Shown piece after piece: positions 59,742-64,000 of a stretch of DNA of 64,000 nt. Under the pieces are notes generated by a model that did no database searches, was not told the DNA's origin, and worked only from the letters and a program-made list of their open reading frames with translations. Source of the DNA: an uncultured archaeon (lineage in GTDB: Archaea; Asgardarchaeota; Heimdallarchaeia; Heimdallarchaeales; Heimdallarchaeaceae); assembly GCA_964534625.1 (NCBI GenBank), contig CAZHRF010000003.1, positions 32,001 through 96,000 of the forward strand, given 5' to 3'. A program made the translations under genes and the position numbers. The stretch's first letter is position 1. The number at the start of each line of letters is the position of its first letter.

Positions 59742-60245
59742 ATGAAACTTCCAATATGCACCATAGATGCACGAACAGGTAGTTTGTGTGCAAAGTGTAA
59801 AAAAGCACTAAGACAGGGGGATATAACAGAAACAGATATTGAGATATCTGAGGAACTTGTATCTTTAGCCAAAACCAATAAAGACTTAAGTTCAATAAAA
59901 GTATATTCTTGCATTGATTTAAGCGATACAATATTAGTATTAACAAAAGATACAGATATACCGATATTATCTTCTCCCAGCATCAAAAACAGACTTGAAA
60001 ATAGAGTTCACAAGAAGATCCGTTTTTTACAAAAAACAAATGATCCAAAGAAAATAGTTGAGAAATTGATTGCACCAATACCAGTCATAGCTGTTACAAT
60101 ACTGTTCTTACCTCCCTTCAGCGAAAAGGAATACAAAATAGAGATTGATAAAAAATACAGAAATCAGCTACCTATTACAAAAGAGACCATAGTAAAGACA
60201 GTTTCTTCAATACTAGATACTGCGGCTTATTTAGAGTTTGTTTAG
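59742..60245 (+). CDS. Archaeal NusA-like protein with N-terminal Zn motif
   Basis: MKLPIC..DARTGSLCAKC...GDIT..DI..S. Confidence 0.75.
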   Translation: MKLPICTIDARTGSLCAKCKKALRQGDITETDIEISEELVSLAKTNKDLSSIKVYSCIDLSDTILVLTKDTDIPILSSPSIKNRLENRVHKKIRFLQKTNDPKKIVEKLIAPIPVIAVTILFLPPFSEKEYKIEIDKKYRNQLPITKETIVKTVSSILDTAAYLEFV

Positions 60246-60320
60246 TCATTTAACTTAAATTTTTTTTAAAACTTAGATATAACATCACCCATTTAAAGGT
60301 AATATAGATAAAAAGAAGGA

Positions 60321-61574
60321 TTAGTACTTGAAAAATTCTTTTAATAGTACAGTGGCATATGATCCCTTCTTTAGTCTAAAATCAAGAGTTGTTTTTGTCA
60401 TATTTTCATTTAATTCATCATGATTTATATTATGAATTTTTAGATCTTGAATTTTCATTAATATATTACGATATGTTCCTTTTGCTCCTAATTTTTTAGC
60501 TAACTGCGAATCAAAACTTTTAAGTGTTATATTTTCAGTCTCTAATATCCTTTGGTATATTTCAGCTGAATCACCCTTTAAATCCACCTTAGATCCAATT
60601 ATAGGTGCATATACTTCGCCATCCCTCTTAACTTCACCTTTCAATGGTTCTGAAAATGGTTGATTATATTCAAGCATTCTTATTTTTAGATATTTGTTAA
60701 ATAACGCTGACTGATATGCGTGTATAAACAATTTTCTTAAACCATAAGATAGAGAATTAAATGCTTGAATGTAATCCATTTGTGTTTCCACCAATTTTTT
60801 AAGCAACTTTCTTTCTATTTTTAAGTAAGCAGGAAAATGCTTCAAACTAACTTTAGGGTCTTGATTTTCTAAATACGCCATTCTTGCTTTTTTTGCTTCT
60901 TCAGGTTCATTTTCGAATACTGTCCCAATATAGCTTTTTACAGCTTCTTCAACAGTATTATCAAGAAGCTTTCTTCCAACAATATGAGTAATTGGTCTTG
61001 TTTTACCAAACCTCTGATAACCAAACGCATTAGGTACTCCACCAAAGCGAGAAATCTCATTAAGTCCTGCACCTATAATTTTCCTTATTGCGGGTTCTTC
61101 ATGTTTGAGATTTCGTATTGTTATTTCAAATTTGTTTCCCCAGAGATTACCTAACCTTTGTTCTCTCATTCTAAAACATAAAGAATGCGTTTTTATCTTT
61201 GATAAGTCAATAGGTTTCAAGTCTCCTTTTTCAACTCTTTTTCTAACACCCCATAAAGATACTCTTTGTGCAGTAAGAGCTCTTTTATCTTTAGTTCCAG
61301 CGATACCAAAATCATTTATTGGTACAGACCATAACTTTGACAGTAGAGATAATGCAGATTCAGTAGAGATGTCCTTTTTTACTAAAACAAAATGAAGAAA
61401 TAAGCCTGATCGACCAGGTAGATTAATAATCTGTTCACTTTTTGGATCAAGAATTTGCCCATTTGGCAAAATTTCAGAGACCATAAAATCTCTTGGTATT
61501 TGTTTAATAATCCCCCTCAGCTGATTTACATCCACAATACGGGGGGGATAAATAACGGTTTGCTCTCCAAACAT
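60321..61574 (-). CDS. truD: tRNA pseudouridine(13) synthase TruD/Pus7
   Basis: DFMVSE, AGTKDKRALT.Q, GNKF, PNAFGYQRFG, HAYQS, GSYAT. Confidence 0.95.
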   Translation of the reverse strand: MFGEQTVIYPPRIVDVNQLRGIIKQIPRDFMVSEILPNGQILDPKSEQIINLPGRSGLFLHFVLVKKDISTESALSLLSKLWSVPINDFGIAGTKDKRALTAQRVSLWGVRKRVEKGDLKPIDLSKIKTHSLCFRMREQRLGNLWGNKFEITIRNLKHEEPAIRKIIGAGLNEISRFGGVPNAFGYQRFGKTRPITHIVGRKLLDNTVEEAVKSYIGTVFENEPEEAKKARMAYLENQDPKVSLKHFPAYLKIERKLLKKLVETQMDYIQAFNSLSYGLRKLFIHAYQSALFNKYLKIRMLEYNQPFSEPLKGEVKRDGEVYAPIIGSKVDLKGDSAEIYQRILETENITLKSFDSQLAKKLGAKGTYRNILMKIQDLKIHNINHDELNENMTKTTLDFRLKKGSYATVLLKEFFKY

Positions 61575-61585
61575 TTTATTTCATC

Positions 61586-61954
61586 CTATAAGAGTTTTAA
61601 ATTACCTGTTATCCTATCGACTGTAGCTTCAAGTGCGGGTCCAATTGCTATTACAGTTGTTGTACCTGGAGTTAATTCGGTTAAACCAGCGTCATTTATT
61701 ACAGAGTATGGGAGATTTGCTTGGTGTGCCTTTGTCGCTAGATCTTTTACGTCATTTTCTGTTCTTACTTTAACAGTAACTTTTTTTTGCCCTTCTCTAA
61801 TCCAATTTGCGACCCAATCGGGATTGTGCCGTTTAGCAACAATATAAGCAGAAACAGACCCATGAGCTACTTGGACAGCTGTTTTTCCCTTCGACATTTT
61901 TAAATCAGTTCTAACTGCAATTACTTGTTTATAATTGAATCTTCGCATATTCAA
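61586..61954 (-). CDS. pth2: Peptidyl-tRNA hydrolase Pth2
   Basis: RTDLKMSKGK..VQVAH, DAGLTE..PG...IGP, TGNLKLL. Confidence 0.96.
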   Translation of the reverse strand: MNMRRFNYKQVIAVRTDLKMSKGKTAVQVAHGSVSAYIVAKRHNPDWVANWIREGQKKVTVKVRTENDVKDLATKAHQANLPYSVINDAGLTELTPGTTTVIAIGPALEATVDRITGNLKLL

Positions 61955-62081
61955 ATACCAATTGCTATATCTAAATATCTATTAAGAGCATTGTTGTTTA
62001 TGACAAATAAGATTTGCATATCTTAAAAACAAACAGTATGTTTTTTAACATTTATCAGAGATAGTTATTGTGTGATATACA

Positions 62082-63293
62082 ATGCATGTTGAGGTGTCAG
62101 TTGTTGGCGGTGGACCAGCTGGCTTACTAACAGCCCTTAATATAGGTTTAGAAGGCCATCAGGTGCACTTGTTTGAATCTAAAGAAACCATAGGAAAAAC
62201 AGAACATTGTGCGGGACTTCTCAGTCTTGATGGTTTAGATAAAATCGGACTAGATGCTTTACCATCAGGGATTATACAGAATGATAATATTTTAGGAGGA
62301 AAATTATACTCTCCAACAGGTAGAGAATTGATAGTAAAAAAAAGTCAATCTCATGCTATTGTTGTAAATCGCGCTAGATTTGATCAATATCTTGCTAATT
62401 TGGCTCAACAAAACAATGTAATAATTCATACATCATCACGAGTTGTTAACATAAATAGAAAAAAGAACAATTTAGAACTCATACTTGGAAGAAAAAAAGA
62501 GTATTCAAAATTTTCATCAAATTTGGCGATATTAGCAGAGGGAAGATTTCCAAGACTAAATTCTAAAGTGGGATTACCCGTCCCTAGAAAGAGTGATATC
62601 GTATTTACCACACAATTCCTTGTTAGTAACATTAATAATTTAGACCCACAATTCGTTGAGCTCTTTCAGACAAATCAATATGCACCGGGATTTTTTGCTT
62701 GGATTATACCTATAAGTAAAACAACAGCAAAGATTGGTTTAGGTTCAGTAAACAGACCAACAAAGAATTATTTGGAACAGTTCATGTATAATCATCCTTC
62801 AGTAAAAGACAGATTATACAATGCCAAAATCCTTCAGAAAATGAGTGGTGCCATTCCTTTAGGAGGCCCCATTAAACGAACATATACAGATAATGTCCTT
62901 ATTGTTGGTGACGCAGCAAGTCAAACAAAACCAACAACAGGGGGAGGAGTTGTATTTGGAGGAATAGCTGCTTTACACGCCGCAAATATTACAATTCAAG
63001 CCATAAAAGAACAAGATTATTCATCAAAAATCTTATCAAATTATGAAAAGGCTTGGAAAAAAAACCTGAAAAAAGAATTGTTTTATATGAGATGTGTTAG
63101 AAAGTATTTGAATTGTATTTCAGATAAAGACACAGACAGACTCTTTGAGCTACTGAATGATTCAAAGATAAAAGATCTTTTTACCAATTATGGTCATGTT
63201 GATAATCAACGAAAAATTGTCCAAAAATGTCTTCTTGAACCACGATTATGGCCATTTATTCTCAAAACTGGCCTAAAATTTCTGTTTTCATGA
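62082..63293 (+). CDS. Geranylgeranyl reductase family flavoprotein
   Basis: GGGPAG, CAG, RARFD, APGFFAWIIP, GDAASQ.KP.TGGG. Confidence 0.9.
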   Translation: MHVEVSVVGGGPAGLLTALNIGLEGHQVHLFESKETIGKTEHCAGLLSLDGLDKIGLDALPSGIIQNDNILGGKLYSPTGRELIVKKSQSHAIVVNRARFDQYLANLAQQNNVIIHTSSRVVNINRKKNNLELILGRKKEYSKFSSNLAILAEGRFPRLNSKVGLPVPRKSDIVFTTQFLVSNINNLDPQFVELFQTNQYAPGFFAWIIPISKTTAKIGLGSVNRPTKNYLEQFMYNHPSVKDRLYNAKILQKMSGAIPLGGPIKRTYTDNVLIVGDAASQTKPTTGGGVVFGGIAALHAANITIQAIKEQDYSSKILSNYEKAWKKNLKKELFYMRCVRKYLNCISDKDTDRLFELLNDSKIKDLFTNYGHVDNQRKIVQKCLLEPRLWPFILKTGLKFLFS

Positions 63294-63450
63294 TAAACAT
63301 ATATAACACTTTTTTTATTCAGAGGACTAAGTTCATTCAAAGACAACATATATATTAGTAAAGCTTATATGTAAAATCAAGAAGATACACGTGTTACAAT
63401 AATATTAGTTAACTACTACGTATCAAATACTCTTATAAAGGAAGATTTTC

Positions 63451-64000
63451 ATGAGCGGATTCTCCCCTACTTGGACATCAAAAGGCAGTGACAAGCTTAG
63501 AGCTTTACAAGTAACAAAAATTTTGATGAACACATTAAAAAGATTAATTCTATCTTTTGACTTATCTGATGATAAAAATCAAAGTTTTTTAATTTCAACA
63601 ATAGCAAATACTATTTATACCCACTTTACTCCTAATAAGGATCTAAAAATTGAAGAGCAATATTCGATGTTGCTAGAATTTTTAGGATGGAAAACAATGT
63701 CATTTGAAAGACAGAAAGATATAACTTTAGTCAAACTAGGTGCCAACAGGTACTTGTCTTCTAACACAAAAGATCAATCTTATCTTATCTTGATATCGGG
63801 AATAATATCTGCATTAGGATATTATATTTATGAATCCAATGTTGTCTTAGAAGAAGTTCCTAGTCAATTCGATAGTAAACAAATAGAGATAGTTTTACGA
63901 AAAATTGATGAAGATATCCCTACAGAAGGTGAATTATCAAATAAAATAACAGCCACCATCCCATCTAAAAAAAGCAAAAAATCCACGTTTGACACTAAAG
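63451..64000 (+). CDS. Hypothetical protein, N-terminal V4R/Bet3-like fold; runs off window
   Basis: Open from ATG 63451: ...LLEFLGW...LISGIISALGY...; the fold call is tentative. Confidence 0.55.
   Translation, partial: MSGFSPTWTSKGSDKLRALQVTKILMNTLKRLILSFDLSDDKNQSFLISTIANTIYTHFTPNKDLKIEEQYSMLLEFLGWKTMSFERQKDITLVKLGANRYLSSNTKDQSYLILISGIISALGYYIYESNVVLEEVPSQFDSKQIEIVLRKIDEDIPTEGELSNKITATIPSKKSKKSTFDTK

Overview
Low-GC archaeal chromosomal segment. The gene content points to an Asgard archaeon, probably Heimdallarchaeia-like; this is inference from archaeal informational genes plus bacterial-type gyrase, WD40, RPA2-type and V4R-like proteins. It is mostly housekeeping: metG, pepF, aIF-1A, aIF-2beta, NMD3, Rio1, Dim2/KH, upp, gyrBA, mtaB, pelota, hjc, dnaG, rpl40e, truD, pth2 and GGR. 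Metabolic genes include a group 4 [NiFe]-hydrogenase hydrophilic module with hypEF/hycI/hypDC, and nfnAB. Non-coding features read directly from the DNA are tRNA-Trp (30-nt intron), tRNA-Ser(GCT), tRNA-Val(CAC), SRP RNA, a three-hairpin H/ACA guide RNA and a 5x17-bp tandem repeat. The four most unusual items are: (1) a single-gene ~2.9-kb insert with an 846-aa orphan in the conserved 3' end of pepF, with traces of an earlier related insertion; (2) a free-standing box C/D guide RNA next to tRNA-Trp whose two guides span both splice junctions and point to C34 and C39, the job normally done by the tRNA-Trp intron itself; (3) an unassigned, highly structured ~190-nt RNA with its own promoter; (4) a 399-bp protein-less IS200/IS605 derivative with intact ends, an omegaRNA-like tail and a structured interior. 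No CRISPR array or rRNA was seen.
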